64,000 nt of DNA. Source: Gemmatimonadota bacterium (GTDB taxonomy: Bacteria; Gemmatimonadota; Gemmatimonadetes; Gemmatimonadales; Gemmatimonadaceae). A program made the position numbers and the translations under genes. The notes beneath the pieces are model-generated. The model ran no database searches and was not told the DNA's origin. It worked only from the letters and a program-made list of their open reading frames with translations. Shown piece by piece: positions 52,547-63,500 of the stretch; position 1 is the first letter of the stretch; each line of letters begins with the position of its first letter. The DNA lies in NCBI GenBank assembly GCA_002737115.1, contig NSHR01000009.1, positions 730 through 64,729 on the forward strand, given 5' to 3'.

Positions 52547-53794
52547 TTAGCGCGGGAAGTTCAGGTTCGTCTGCTTCTCGGACAGCGGCGTGGCGAAGCA
52601 CAGGTCACGACCCGGGATTTCCTCCTTGAGATCAAGGGCACCCGGTCGGGTCAGCGCCGCCCAGCGACGTAGATCACCGAGACGGCGTCCTTCCAACCAC
52701 AGTTCGATACCGCGTTCCTTCTTGAGGGCCGCCCACGCTTCGGTGACGTTGGCCGCCGTCACCGCTGGCAGCGCCAACGCCGTGCGACGAACGTTCATCG
52801 ACGTCAGCGCTCCAGTCACATCACCGGCGACCAGCTTGGTCTCCGCCTCGATGAGCCGCATCTCCCAACCCGACACGAGATTGATGGGCGACGTGAGCAA
52901 GGGGTACTTGGTCTGGAAGTACCACCGCACGCGACCGAGTGCGCCGACCGCCGCATCGCCGACCAGGATGGTGAGGCTGCTGTCGTAGGGCACGCGCGGA
53001 TCACGCGTGGCCCGGCGATGCGTCTCGATGTAGGTATTCCAGACCGTGTGCGCACGATAGGGCTGGTTCGCGCTGGCCCAGAAGATGCGGTTGTACTGAT
53101 CGAGTTCGTTCTGGTAGTACGGCATGCGATACGCGAACGTGCTGGCCACCGTGGCCGCGTCCGTGGCGGCACCGGCCGTGTTGTTCCGCAGCAACCGCAC
53201 CGACGCCCGACCGGCCGTGGCAGCCGAAACGAGGTTGGCGTTGTTCGCGGCCGTGGCCACCGTGATTGCTTCGGTGAAGTACGTCTCGGCACGTTCGAAA
53301 TACACCGTGTGCGGGCCGGGAGCGCCACCATTGATGACCCCCTCACAGAAGTTCTCACCCAGGAGCCGATTGGAGAATGCCGCCCACACCAGCGCCTGCG
53401 CCAGCGTGGCGCTGGTGGCGGATGCGGTCCCGAGCACCGACTTGGTGCGCGTTACCGCGTCTTCGGAAGTCCAGCGGGCGCGCTGCGCAAAATTCCAGTA
53501 AACGTCACCATCATTGTCGACCAGCTTGCCGTTCTGTTGTAGCACGGAGATGCCGAACGATCCGGTGGAGCCACCCGGGAAGACCTCACGGGCAGCAGCA
53601 CCACCGGTGTACGACGTCCAGTTGAGCGCTTCGGCCAGATCGCGGCCGGAGCCGTTCACCAGTGACGGCAGCGCGGAGGGCGAATTCAGGGCCTCGGCCC
53701 GGATCGGACCGGGGTTGACGGCGTCGAGCGCGCAGCCCGACAGTCCGGCGAGCAGACAGAGCGGAGCCGCAACGCGAAGCACACGTTGCGACAT
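52547..53794 (-). CDS. RagB/SusD-like lipoprotein
   Basis: Lipobox LSGC; 'EMRLIEAE...KERGIELWLEGRRLGDLRRW'. Confidence 0.9.
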   Translation of the reverse strand: MSQRVLRVAAPLCLLAGLSGCALDAVNPGPIRAEALNSPSALPSLVNGSGRDLAEALNWTSYTGGAAAREVFPGGSTGSFGISVLQQNGKLVDNDGDVYWNFAQRARWTSEDAVTRTKSVLGTASATSATLAQALVWAAFSNRLLGENFCEGVINGGAPGPHTVYFERAETYFTEAITVATAANNANLVSAATAGRASVRLLRNNTAGAATDAATVASTFAYRMPYYQNELDQYNRIFWASANQPYRAHTVWNTYIETHRRATRDPRVPYDSSLTILVGDAAVGALGRVRWYFQTKYPLLTSPINLVSGWEMRLIEAETKLVAGDVTGALTSMNVRRTALALPAVTAANVTEAWAALKKERGIELWLEGRRLGDLRRWAALTRPGALDLKEEIPGRDLCFATPLSEKQTNLNFPR

Positions 53795-53838
53795 CGTCGC
53801 GCGTCCTGAGGAAATCGAAGTAAGCATCAGCACATTCC

Positions 53839-56742
53839 TCAGTAGGAGATACGGAGTGACATCTGGAAGATCGCGGGCGCCGGGATCTGCTCGTTGATGC
53901 CACGCACGGTAGCGTTGAACGAATCGTTGTTCGTCATCTCGGGGTCGAACAACGGCATGCCGAAGTTCTTGCGGAAGAGATTCTGCGCCGAGAACACGAA
54001 GGTGCTGTTCGCCGTGCGCGGGATCAGCTTGCCCAGCGGCACGGTGAGCGAGATGTCGCGAATGCGGAAGAAGTCCGCCTTGAAGATGAACATGTCCGAC
54101 CGCACGTTGGTCGGAATGCAGGTCAGCGTTTCGCGTGCGGTGATCGGCTTGCCTGCCGCGATATTCGCGTAGGCGTCGAAGCAGGTGGGCCAGAGCACCG
54201 AGCGGGACAGCGCGTTGAACGACGCACCCTCTTCGATGTACGCGCCGCCCTGATACTCGCCGCGCACCGACAAGCTGACGTTCTTCCAGCCTCGGACGCT
54301 AATGTTGCCACCAATGATCTTGGTAGGCTGGCTCGGGCCGAAGTCGTAGTTCGACACGGTGTCCGGTGCCACGCCGCGCGCGTCGGCGTTGCGAATGAGC
54401 TTGCCGCGCACGACCGGCGCCTGCTTGCCCTCGACCACCCAGCCGGAGTTGCCAACGGTGAAGGCCGGTGCGCCGCCAAGGCTTATCACCTTGCTGTCGT
54501 TCGTGCTGAGGTTGATGCCCGCCTTCAGGCCGAACGACTCGCGCTCGATGATGTCGTGATTGATCGCCAGCTCGATACCCGACTTCTGCATCTCACCGAC
54601 GTTCCGCAGCGTGTTGGCAAGAAACCCCTCGCTGGGCACGGACCGCACGCTGAACAGCGCGTCCGTGGTGGTCGCGTTGAAATACGTGAAGTCAACCGAC
54701 GTCCGGCCACTGAACAGCGTCTGGTCGAAGCCGAGCTCCATTTCCGTGGTGCGCTCGGGGCCGAGGTTGGCGTTGCCAAGATTGCTTGGGCGCACGGCGG
54801 TGGTGGTGCCCCACCCGACCTGATTGTACGTGCGCACGGCGGCAAAGGCGCCTGGCGCGCGGCCGGCCGAACCGAAGGCACCACGCAGTTTGAGCGTGCC
54901 GTACTGCTCCTTCCAGAACGACTCCTCGGAGAGCACCCAGGACCCGTTGACCTTCGGATAGAACTGGAAGCCGAAGTCGGAGCCGAAGGCACTATTGCCG
55001 TCCATTCGGCCACCGACCGTGACGAAGTAGCGGTCCTTGAATCCCATCAGGACCGTACCGAACGCGCCGCCGGTGATGACACGCTGCCGATTCTCGTCGG
55101 CGTTCTTGATCGCGCCGCTGGCGACGGTCGGATCGGAAGGCGTCGCGAAGTTCTCGGAGAGCGCGACCACGTCGCCAACGAGCGAGTTGACGTACTGCGT
55201 ACCGGCCGAGGCGGTGACCTTGAAATCACTACCAAGATTGAAGTCGTAGTTGTTCACCCAGTCGGTGCTGAGCGTGACGTTGGACCACCGCTGGTTCTGG
55301 ATGACACCGAGCGGTGCCGCCGGGAATCCGAAGGGGCGCACATTACGGTTCTCCAGTGCCGCGCGATCGAAGCCGACGGTGAAGCGGCTGGAGAAGCGCG
55401 TAAACGGCGTGAAGGTGCTCGTCAAACCCATGATGAGGCGGTCGATGTTCGACGCCAGCTTCTGCCCCAGCACCTTGCGGATCGTGTCCGGCGTCGCGTT
55501 ACCGAAATAGTTACGGTCGCGGCGGAAGGCGTTGAGCGTGAGGCCCTGCGCGTTGTTACCGGCCGGCGTCTGATCGATGAGGTTGTTGGTGTAGGCGCTG
55601 CTCCAGTTCATCGCCAGCTTCTTCATGGGCTGGAAGTCGAGATTGGCCCGCACCTGATACTTGCGGTCCTTGTCGTTGGGCAGCACGCCATCAACGTTCT
55701 CGACGTTCGTGGAGAGCAAGTACTTAAGGTTGTCGCCGGTACCGCCCGACACCTGCACCGCCGTGCCGTAGCGCGCCGCGTAGTTGTCGAGGCCGGGGAT
55801 AAAGCCAGAGCCTTCGCTGTTCCGCAGGAATGGATCCATGAACAGCAGGGGCACGGAGTCGGTGCCGAACTTCTGCAGGCTGCTGACGCCGCCGTTGAAG
55901 CGGACCTGCCACTTGGCCGCGCCACCCGCGCCACGCTTGGTGAAGATCTGGATCACGCCGGCCGCGGCATCGGTGCCGTACAGCGTGGCCGCCGCCGCAC
56001 CCTTCACGATTTCGATGCGATCGATATCGTCGGGGTTGATGTCGTTGAGCGGGCTGGAATTCGAGTTGGCGCCACGCTGGGTGGTGCCCGTGAAGATGCC
56101 GTTGCGCGGATATTCGTCGCTGCGGGTACGCACGCCGTCGATGAAGATGAGCGGCTGATTGGTGAGCGACACGCTGGTCGTGCCGCGCAACCGGATGGCC
56201 GAGCCGCTGCCGGCATTGCCGACACCACCGCCAACCGTGACGCCAGCCAGACGCCCCGAAAGCATGTTCGAGACGTTCGTGGGGACTTCCGGAAGGTCCG
56301 CGACCTTGACCTGGGCGATGGAATTACCGACTTCGCGCTTACGCGCCGAACCGCCGGTGCCCGTGATGACGACTTCGTCGAGGGACAGCGCACTCACCGT
56401 GAGGGCGAAGGTCACCGTCGTGGTGGCACCGGCCGTGACCACAATGGGTTTATCGACCGGCTGGTAGCCGATCAGCCGCGCGCGTGCGATCTGATTTCCT
56501 GCGGGCACGGACGCCATGGTGAACGTGCCACTCGCGTTCGTGATCGCGCCCAGCGTCGTGCCCGGGATCGCGATCTGCACGTTCGCCAACGGCGCGCCCG
56601 TGCCACTGTTCGTAACCGTACCACGGACCGTCCCGAGTGCGCCTTGCGCCTCGGTGCGGGTGGGGATCAGCGTGCTGGCAACGGTCATCGCAGCGATTAG
56701 CGCGGCGAAAGCTTGGCCACCAACGTATCGTCGGAAGCGCAT
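53839..56742 (-). CDS. SusC/RagA-family TonB-dependent transporter
   Basis: GAGGT RBS before MRFRRY; plug 'DINPDDIDRIEIVKGAAAATLYGTDAAAGVIQIFTKRG'; GNANLGPE; terminal Tyr. Confidence 0.93.
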   Translation of the reverse strand: MRFRRYVGGQAFAALIAAMTVASTLIPTRTEAQGALGTVRGTVTNSGTGAPLANVQIAIPGTTLGAITNASGTFTMASVPAGNQIARARLIGYQPVDKPIVVTAGATTTVTFALTVSALSLDEVVITGTGGSARKREVGNSIAQVKVADLPEVPTNVSNMLSGRLAGVTVGGGVGNAGSGSAIRLRGTTSVSLTNQPLIFIDGVRTRSDEYPRNGIFTGTTQRGANSNSSPLNDINPDDIDRIEIVKGAAAATLYGTDAAAGVIQIFTKRGAGGAAKWQVRFNGGVSSLQKFGTDSVPLLFMDPFLRNSEGSGFIPGLDNYAARYGTAVQVSGGTGDNLKYLLSTNVENVDGVLPNDKDRKYQVRANLDFQPMKKLAMNWSSAYTNNLIDQTPAGNNAQGLTLNAFRRDRNYFGNATPDTIRKVLGQKLASNIDRLIMGLTSTFTPFTRFSSRFTVGFDRAALENRNVRPFGFPAAPLGVIQNQRWSNVTLSTDWVNNYDFNLGSDFKVTASAGTQYVNSLVGDVVALSENFATPSDPTVASGAIKNADENRQRVITGGAFGTVLMGFKDRYFVTVGGRMDGNSAFGSDFGFQFYPKVNGSWVLSEESFWKEQYGTLKLRGAFGSAGRAPGAFAAVRTYNQVGWGTTTAVRPSNLGNANLGPERTTEMELGFDQTLFSGRTSVDFTYFNATTTDALFSVRSVPSEGFLANTLRNVGEMQKSGIELAINHDIIERESFGLKAGINLSTNDSKVISLGGAPAFTVGNSGWVVEGKQAPVVRGKLIRNADARGVAPDTVSNYDFGPSQPTKIIGGNISVRGWKNVSLSVRGEYQGGAYIEEGASFNALSRSVLWPTCFDAYANIAAGKPITARETLTCIPTNVRSDMFIFKADFFRIRDISLTVPLGKLIPRTANSTFVFSAQNLFRKNFGMPLFDPEMTNNDSFNATVRGINEQIPAPAIFQMSLRISY

Positions 56743-56981
56743 CAGGACCTCTATGCGGGTGAGGGGGCGCGTCGCCCTGCGGAGGGAAGGGGGCAGGCGA
56801 TGTTTAGCAACAGCACGAGGTCGCACGGAACCGGGCGCCTCGCGCTGATGGTAAGAGCGGACAGACGCATAGATTCGGGCGGGGACGATGCGTTGTCAAC
56901 GTTTTGATCTGAAATTGTCACGGAACAGCCCCCTTGCGCCGACATCCGTCCCTTGGCTGCCGGCGCGGCGCGCCGTCCTCC

Positions 56982-57821
56982 CTATCGCTTCGCCCGCTGC
57001 GTCACCCGATTCCGCAGGATGCCCACACCCTCCAGCTCCACCTCCACCACGTCGCCGGCCACAATACGCTTCGTGGTGCCCGGCGTGCCGGTGTAGATCA
57101 CGTCGCCCGGCATCAGCGTCACGTATTGGCTGATATAGCTCACTTGGGCCGCCACATCGAAGATCAGGTCCTTCGTGCGCTGGGACTGCACGACCTCCCC
57201 GTTCAGTCGGGTCTGCAGGAGCAGGTCGTCGTAGTTCAGTCCGGTGATCAGCAGCGGACCCATGGGCCCGAACGTGTCGGCCGCCTTGGCGCGGAACCAC
57301 TGCAGATCGCTCTTCTGCCAATCACGCTCTGAGACGTCATTGCCCACGGTGATCCCGAAGACATACTGCTTCGCCTCGGCCACCGTGACATTGGACGCCT
57401 GCTTGCCGATGACGATCACCATCTCGCCCTCGTAGTGCGCGTTGTTCGCGTCAGAGGGCAATACGATGTTCTCGTCGTGGGCAATGATCGACGTCGGGAA
57501 CTTGGCGAACAGTCCGGGATAGGTGGCGGCCGACCGTTCGCCGAGATGGGTCTGATAGTTGAGGCCGACCGCAATCACTTTGGACGGCGTGGCGGGGGCC
57601 AGCAGCTTCACGCGGGCCAGTGGCGTGGTGCGACCGGTGCGCGTGCTGTCGAGCCACGGCGCCGCCCGCAGCTGCTGCACGGTGGTTCCGACCACGCGAC
57701 CGTAGGACGTCTGTCCATCGACGGCGTAGCGCACGTACGTCGTGATCTTTGACGACTGGGCGTGCAGGGCGGTGGCGACGGTCGGCACGAAGAGCAGCGC
57801 GCGCAGGCAACGAGACAGCAT
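56982..57821 (-). CDS. Fumarylacetoacetate-hydrolase-family protein with signal peptide
   Basis: 'SKVIAVGLNY', 'HYEGE', 'GNDVSERDWQ', 'RAKAADTFGP', 'TGTPG'; N-terminus ending LHA-Q. Confidence 0.9.
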   Translation of the reverse strand: MLSRCLRALLFVPTVATALHAQSSKITTYVRYAVDGQTSYGRVVGTTVQQLRAAPWLDSTRTGRTTPLARVKLLAPATPSKVIAVGLNYQTHLGERSAATYPGLFAKFPTSIIAHDENIVLPSDANNAHYEGEMVIVIGKQASNVTVAEAKQYVFGITVGNDVSERDWQKSDLQWFRAKAADTFGPMGPLLITGLNYDDLLLQTRLNGEVVQSQRTKDLIFDVAAQVSYISQYVTLMPGDVIYTGTPGTTKRIVAGDVVEVELEGVGILRNRVTQRAKR

Positions 57822-57968
57822 GAGGGAATCTCCCGGTACAGGTGGGTGGATTCGCGACGATGCATGCGAACGGCCTCGACCGGAAGGGGTCCTTTTCTCG
57901 TGGTCTCTTTTTCTCGGTGCGATCAGTTCAGCATTCCAGGGGAATCGCTGATCCATCAGCCAGAGGAA

Positions 57969-58151
57969 CTACGGGTGAGCCGGTCCCATGAGGTTTCGGG
58001 CGAACAGCGCGATGATGACCGCGACGAGGGCGATCTGGCCGATCGGACCGACCGCGATGATTCCGCTGAAGATCGCCGAGATGAGCATCAACGGGAACTT
58101 GATGATCGGCAGGAGCCAGTCGGCAGGAGCGGGATACGAAAAGAACGGCAT
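57969..58151 (-). CDS. Small membrane protein
   Basis: About 60 aa with two hydrophobic segments; fills the gap between same-strand genes. Confidence 0.5.
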   Translation of the reverse strand: MPFFSYPAPADWLLPIIKFPLMLISAIFSGIIAVGPIGQIALVAVIIALFARNLMGPAHP

Positions 58152-58205
58152 GGATGGCCTCGCAGGGGTTCGGAACGACGACAGATGGAGCATAGCGGGT
58201 CGCGA

Positions 58206-59435
58206 TCAGCCCCGGAAGCGCTGGAGGTACTGCAGGTCGTCCTCGTCCACCCGAATGGTGTAGACCGTGCCGCCGGCACCGAACCCGATCACGCGGGTCT
58301 GCTTGGGTAGCACCACCCTGCCGGTGAGCTTTCCAGATACCGAGAAGACGTCGTAGGTCGGCGTCGGATCTGCGGCCGAGCGATTCCGAGCAATCCAGAT
58401 CTCACCGGCGGGCGTGGCGAAGATTCCGTTCGCGTTGAACGGCGGCTTCGTGGCAGGCCACTCGGAGGGCTCTTCGAACGGCGGCGGCGCGGTGCTGCCG
58501 CGGTTCTGCGACCCGCCGGGGCCGCCTTCCGTGCGCATAATCATGATGCCGCCCGCGTTCTTCGACTGATCGCGGTACTCCTGCTTCTCGGCGTTGCCGA
58601 CCTTTACCGGCGAATGCGCAACGACCGCTCCGCGGGTCACGACGCGGGTGGGCGACACGAGCTCCAGGCGATAGTCGCCGACCCGGGCGATGACCACCGT
58701 ACCGTTGGCGAGGACCGTCCACGCGTCGCGGGCCGGATACGGCGTCCGTCCACCGATTCGCACTTCCATGCGCTGGTTGCCGCCGCTGCCGCTCGACTTC
58801 ACCGAGGCGTTGTTCTTGGGCAGGTTCACCCAAGCCAGCGTGTCCACCGCCTTCGTGGTGCGGTCATAGCGCACGATCGGGGCGGTGTCGGCGGTCACCG
58901 GACCGTTGGGGCCCATCGAGAAGCCGCCGCCTTCAAAGTAGAGGCGTCCGCGAGCATCGGAGGCACGCGGCATGCCAAATCCCAGTCCGCCGATGCGCAC
59001 GACCTGCCCGCCGCCTTCGGGGCGCTGGCCTTGTGGCGGGCGCGGCGGCCCAGACGGCTCGTCGCCTACCCGAAACGACGCCCCCGGCTTCCCGTCGGGG
59101 TGCACCATGAGGTAGCGCTGGTTGAGCGGATCGAAGATCACGCTGCTGTCGCCGGGCAGCGCGAAGAGCTGGGTGGGCAGGCCGTACTCGCCGGGGCCAG
59201 AGCCCTCGCGACCCACCTTGGTGGCGGTCTTGGCGGTGAGATCGACCAACTGTACGAGCTTGTCGCGGCTGTCCACGACGAGCAGCCGGCCGTCCTTCTG
59301 TTCACGGATGGCGGCAATCTGTGAGAACGGCTCAGAGTATTCGGCGAGCGGCTTGGCGAGCGTCCGGGTGGGCTGCTGCGCGGCCACGGGGAGAGCGGCC
59401 ACAGCCAGCAGCGCGAGAGCGTAGGGAGTGCGCAT
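58206..59435 (-). CDS. Secreted six-bladed beta-propeller (NHL-like) protein
   Basis: Signal peptide VAA-Q; 'VGREGSGPGEY', 'YDVFSVSGKLTGRV', 'VDEDDLQYLQRF'. Confidence 0.8.
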   Translation of the reverse strand: MRTPYALALLAVAALPVAAQQPTRTLAKPLAEYSEPFSQIAAIREQKDGRLLVVDSRDKLVQLVDLTAKTATKVGREGSGPGEYGLPTQLFALPGDSSVIFDPLNQRYLMVHPDGKPGASFRVGDEPSGPPRPPQGQRPEGGGQVVRIGGLGFGMPRASDARGRLYFEGGGFSMGPNGPVTADTAPIVRYDRTTKAVDTLAWVNLPKNNASVKSSGSGGNQRMEVRIGGRTPYPARDAWTVLANGTVVIARVGDYRLELVSPTRVVTRGAVVAHSPVKVGNAEKQEYRDQSKNAGGIMIMRTEGGPGGSQNRGSTAPPPFEEPSEWPATKPPFNANGIFATPAGEIWIARNRSAADPTPTYDVFSVSGKLTGRVVLPKQTRVIGFGAGGTVYTIRVDEDDLQYLQRFRG

Positions 59436-59511
59436 AATCGGAGGGGGGTGGAGGTCACGAACGATACTTCGTCACCGCACCCGCCGCTCGCCATTACCAC
59501 GACTGTTCGAG

Positions 59512-60372
59512 CTAGCCGCGAGTGCCGGCGATCGCGTCCTTGGCGATGACGGCGAAGTCGCGCGCGCCGAACCCTTCGGCGATCACGGCATCCATGCGGG
59601 CCGCGAGCGACGGCAGCACGGCCAGCGGCAGGTCGCCGGCGGTTTCCATCATCAGGCGGATGTCCTTGCGTGCCATCGTGAGTTCGAAGCTGGCGTCGAA
59701 GGTACCGGCGGCCATTGTGCGCCCGCGCCCTTGGAGAATGTTGCCGGGGTTGAAGAACTCGAGGAGCTTGAGCGCGTCGGTGGGGGCGATGGCACTGCCC
59801 TTGGCAATGCTGTACACGTCGCTGAGTAGGGCGCCCATGCCGATGATGAAGGCGTTGCCCATGAGCTTGTAGGCCGCGGCGAGGTCGGGGCGCTCGCCGA
59901 AATATTCCACCCGTGCCGCCATGCGGCCGAGGGCGTCTTTCACCGAATCGTAGAGTGCGGTGGGGCCCGAGGCAATGATGATGCCCTGACTCTGTCGCGC
60001 GGCGGCCGGTCCAATGAACACGGGGCAGTGCAGATAGTGCACCCCTTCGGCGTTGAGCCGCGTGGCGCGTTCGGCGGTGAGGGCCGGCTGCGTGGTGGTG
60101 TGGTCAACGATGATCGCATCGGGCGAAAGTCCTGGGCGCAGCTGCGCGATCACGTCCTCCACTACCGCGTCATCCTTGAGCACGAGATGCACATGGGTGG
60201 CCCCGCGAACGGCGTCGGCCGGCGTGGCGGCGACAATGGCGCCGAAGGACTCGAGCGCGCGGGCTTTGTCGACGGTGCGGTTCCATACCGTCACCGTGTC
60301 GCCGCGCTGACAGGCGGCTTCCACGAAGCCGCTACCGAGCAGCCCCGTGCCGAGAAACGCGATAGTGGTCAT
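59512..60372 (-). CDS. NAD(P)-dependent beta-hydroxyacid dehydrogenase (3-hydroxyisobutyrate dehydrogenase family)
   Basis: 'IAFLGTGLLG...VWNRT', catalytic 'YKLMGN', 'FELTMARKD'. Confidence 0.9.
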   Translation of the reverse strand: MTTIAFLGTGLLGSGFVEAACQRGDTVTVWNRTVDKARALESFGAIVAATPADAVRGATHVHLVLKDDAVVEDVIAQLRPGLSPDAIIVDHTTTQPALTAERATRLNAEGVHYLHCPVFIGPAAARQSQGIIIASGPTALYDSVKDALGRMAARVEYFGERPDLAAAYKLMGNAFIIGMGALLSDVYSIAKGSAIAPTDALKLLEFFNPGNILQGRGRTMAAGTFDASFELTMARKDIRLMMETAGDLPLAVLPSLAARMDAVIAEGFGARDFAVIAKDAIAGTRG

Positions 60373-60383
60373 GGGCGAAAGCT

Positions 60384-60424
60384 AGCAGGTTTCAGAAAGC
60401 AGGTTTCAGAAAGCAGGTATCAGA
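60384..60424. repeat. 14-bp tandem repeat x3
   Basis: agcaggtttcagaa, agcaggtttcagaa, agcaggtatcaga, just upstream of the dehydrogenase start. Confidence 0.9.
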
Positions 60425-60430
60425 CGTGAG

Positions 60431-60543
60431 AGGTTCGCGCGAAGGGCGCGAAGAGCCGCGAAGGGCGCGAAGAACAGCAACCGCACTGTTTCTTTTGCTG
60501 TTCTTCGCGCCCTTCGCGCTCTTCGCGCCCTTCGCGTGAACCT
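60431..60543. repeat. Long inverted repeat (about 50-bp arms, 14-nt loop) built from 9-bp cgcgaagRg units; REP-like
   Basis: Arms 60431-60480 and 60495-60543 differ by one mismatch and one indel. Confidence 0.9.
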
Positions 60544-63500
60544 ACAATGCTGCAGCAGGCACCACAGATCGTGTGCGCCGCACGCGCCGCCCCACCAGCA
60601 ACGCCGGCATCACGAACAGCACGCCGAGTGTGCCGGCGACGGTGCCACCGGCCGTAGCCAACGCGATGGCGCCGAAGAGGCGGGTGGCATCGGTGCCGAC
60701 CGAGAGCGGAATGAGCGACGCCATCGCGGCCAGGGTGACCATGAGAATCATGCCCGCCCGATCGAGTGCGGCGTGCAGCACCTGCCCCGCGTGGAGACGC
60801 GCATCGAGGCCCGCCTCGCGCAGCGCGCGACGTTTCTCGAGTGCGGCGTCGGCCAACAGAATGGCCTGATTCACCGCCAGACCGATCACCAGAATCACCC
60901 CCACGGCGGCTTCGCGCGTGAAGGCGGTTTTGAGTAGCCAGAAGGCGGCGACCACGCCGCCGATGGCCAGGGGCAGCGACAGGAACACTTGCGCGGCGCC
61001 CCACATCGAGTCGAACACCAACGCCACCGCCAGCACCACCAACACCACCCCGATGGCGAACACGAGATAGAGACCCTGCTCGCTTTCATCGCGTTCGAAC
61101 GGCGATCCATCGGTGAGATCGATGATGCTGTATCCCGCGGGAGCGGCCAGCGATTTCATGAACGCGGTGTGGGTACGGCGCGCCAGCTTGGACGGGCCGC
61201 GAAAATCGTACGACAGCTGCCGGATGTATTGTTGGTCTTCGCGCACGATGGTGCTGAGCGCTTCGCGTGCATCCACGATCGCCACATCGCCGATACGCAC
61301 CGGGGCGCCGGTGAGGGTGGGCACGATGGCCTCCTGCAATTCCTCGAGACTGTGATCGCGCGCGCCGGCGGCTTTCACCGTGACCGGTAGTTCATCGCCG
61401 CCGATTTCGAGCAGCTGTCGGCCTACCGGTCCGCGCACTTCACGGGCGATGGCACCGGTCAGCAACGACGCGTTCAACCCATAGCGGGTGAGGGCGGCGC
61501 GATCGGGTTCGAGGGTGACCTGATAGCCGCGCTCACCGCCGAAGTAGCCGCCACTGCTGATGCGCACTTCGCGCACGCGCGTGATGCGCTCAAGGCGCGC
61601 CTTGAGATCATCGGCCACGCGCCCCACCCCGTCGTACGAGTAGCCGCGCACCTGCATGCGAAACGTGGCGAAGCTCGACCCACCACCGCCGCTCGAGAAG
61701 CCGGGGCCGTCGCCCACCACGCTCACGCTGGCGCCACCAATCAACACCGCGCGCTGCGTGAGCAGTTCCTGCAGCTCGAGTGGCACCGCGGTGAGCCCGC
61801 CGGCGCGTGTGAACAGCACCGACATCTGCGCCGAGGTCCCGCTGCGCGTCGCCGCCCGCACCTGTTCGATTTCGGGGCGCCCCACCACCAACCGCTCAAA
61901 CTCCGCCATGCCGCGATCGAGCGTGCCGGGGTCGGAGCCGCGCGGGAACGACAGCCCCACGCTGAGCGACGTGCGGCGTTCGCCGAAGCCACCGAACGAC
62001 GAGCGCGGCACTTTTTCCACGAAGCCCCAGGTGAGCACCGCCAGCGCGGCCACCGCGCCGATCATGGTGGCCGCACGCCACCGCAGCAGCCGCATGAGCA
62101 AGAGCGCGTACGCGCGCCGCAATCGCGGCCACGCCGCGTGCTGCGCCGCCACGCCTTTCCCCAGCGCGGGCACCACGAGCAGCGCGGTGAACACACTCCA
62201 CCCCAGTGCGAACACGAACGCCGCCGCGAAGGGCACGAACGCCGCCCGCGTGTCGCCCTGCAAGTACAAGAACGGGAAGAGCACCACGGCCGTGGTCAGC
62301 GTGCTGCCCACAATGGCCGGCATGATGCGCTGCGTGGCCCGCGCGCGGCCGTCGGGCGTATCGGGCTCGGTGCCAAGGCGCTCCACCACCACGAGGCCGT
62401 TCTGCACCAGAATGCCGACGCCCATGCCGAGTCCGGCCAGCGTGAGCAGGTTGGCCGGGATGTTGAACAGATAGAGCGAGAGCGCGGTGGCGGCGATGGC
62501 CACGGCCGTGGTGCCCATCACCACCGCCACCGCGCGCCAGCGGCGCAACGTGAAGGCGAGCACCAGCAACACGCAGCCGAAGGCGATCACGCTGCGGAGC
62601 GCGAGATCGTCGAGCTCTTCCTTCAGCTCTTCGCTTTCGTCGTTGTTGATGCGCAGTCGCACCGCGGGCGGCATGTTGGGCTCGAGCTGCGTGATCGCGG
62701 CGCGGAGTGCCGCCGCCGTTTTGATGGCATCGGCGCCGGGGTGTCGCGAAATCTCCACCGCCACCGCTGGCTCGCCGTCAATGCGAAAGAAGCGGCCGCG
62801 CGCGTCTTCCTCGGCTCGCACCGTGGCGAGTTCGCCCAAGCGAAACACGCGGGTACCGGGGCCACGCACCGGCAACGCCTGCAAATCTTCCAGTGCCTTC
62901 GGTTGGTCGCGCAATACCACGTTCTGTGTCGTGGCATGCGCCGGATCACTGCCGCGATCGAGCGCGCCTAAGGCCTGCACCATGCGCGCGCCGGCAATCG
63001 CTTCCGACAGTCGCTGCGGCGAGATGCCGATGCGCCGCAGCTGCACCGGATCGTACGACACCGACACGCCGAGGTCGGTACCGCCGCGCACCTGCACGCC
63101 GGCCACACCAGGAATGCTGCCGAGTCGCGGACTCACCCGTTCTTCGAGCAGCTTCTGCAACGTGCCCGAGGTATACGGCCCGAACACCGACAGCGACATC
63201 AGCGGCGCTTCTTCGAGTCCTTCCGGCACGTAATTGGCTACGGTGGGCGGGCTCGCCCCCGGCGGTAAATCGGCACGCAGCAACTCGAGCCGCTCGAGAA
63301 TGGCCAGGCGCGCCATCTGCACGTCGGCGCGCTCCTCGAGCTCCACCGTGAGCATGGCGTAGTCGTCGTTCGAATTGCTCGACACGCGCCGCACGCCGCG
63401 CACGCCTTGAATGGCCGCTTCGACGGGGCTCGTGAGATACGTCTCGATCACTTCCGGTGACGCACCCGGCCAGCTGGCAAACACACTGAGTCGAGGCAGC

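Noticed and set aside
56877-56899. ggggacga word shared with the 21970-21997 repeat, next to a TTGACA
   Set aside because: Too short to be significant at this GC content, and no convincing -10 at the proper spacing.
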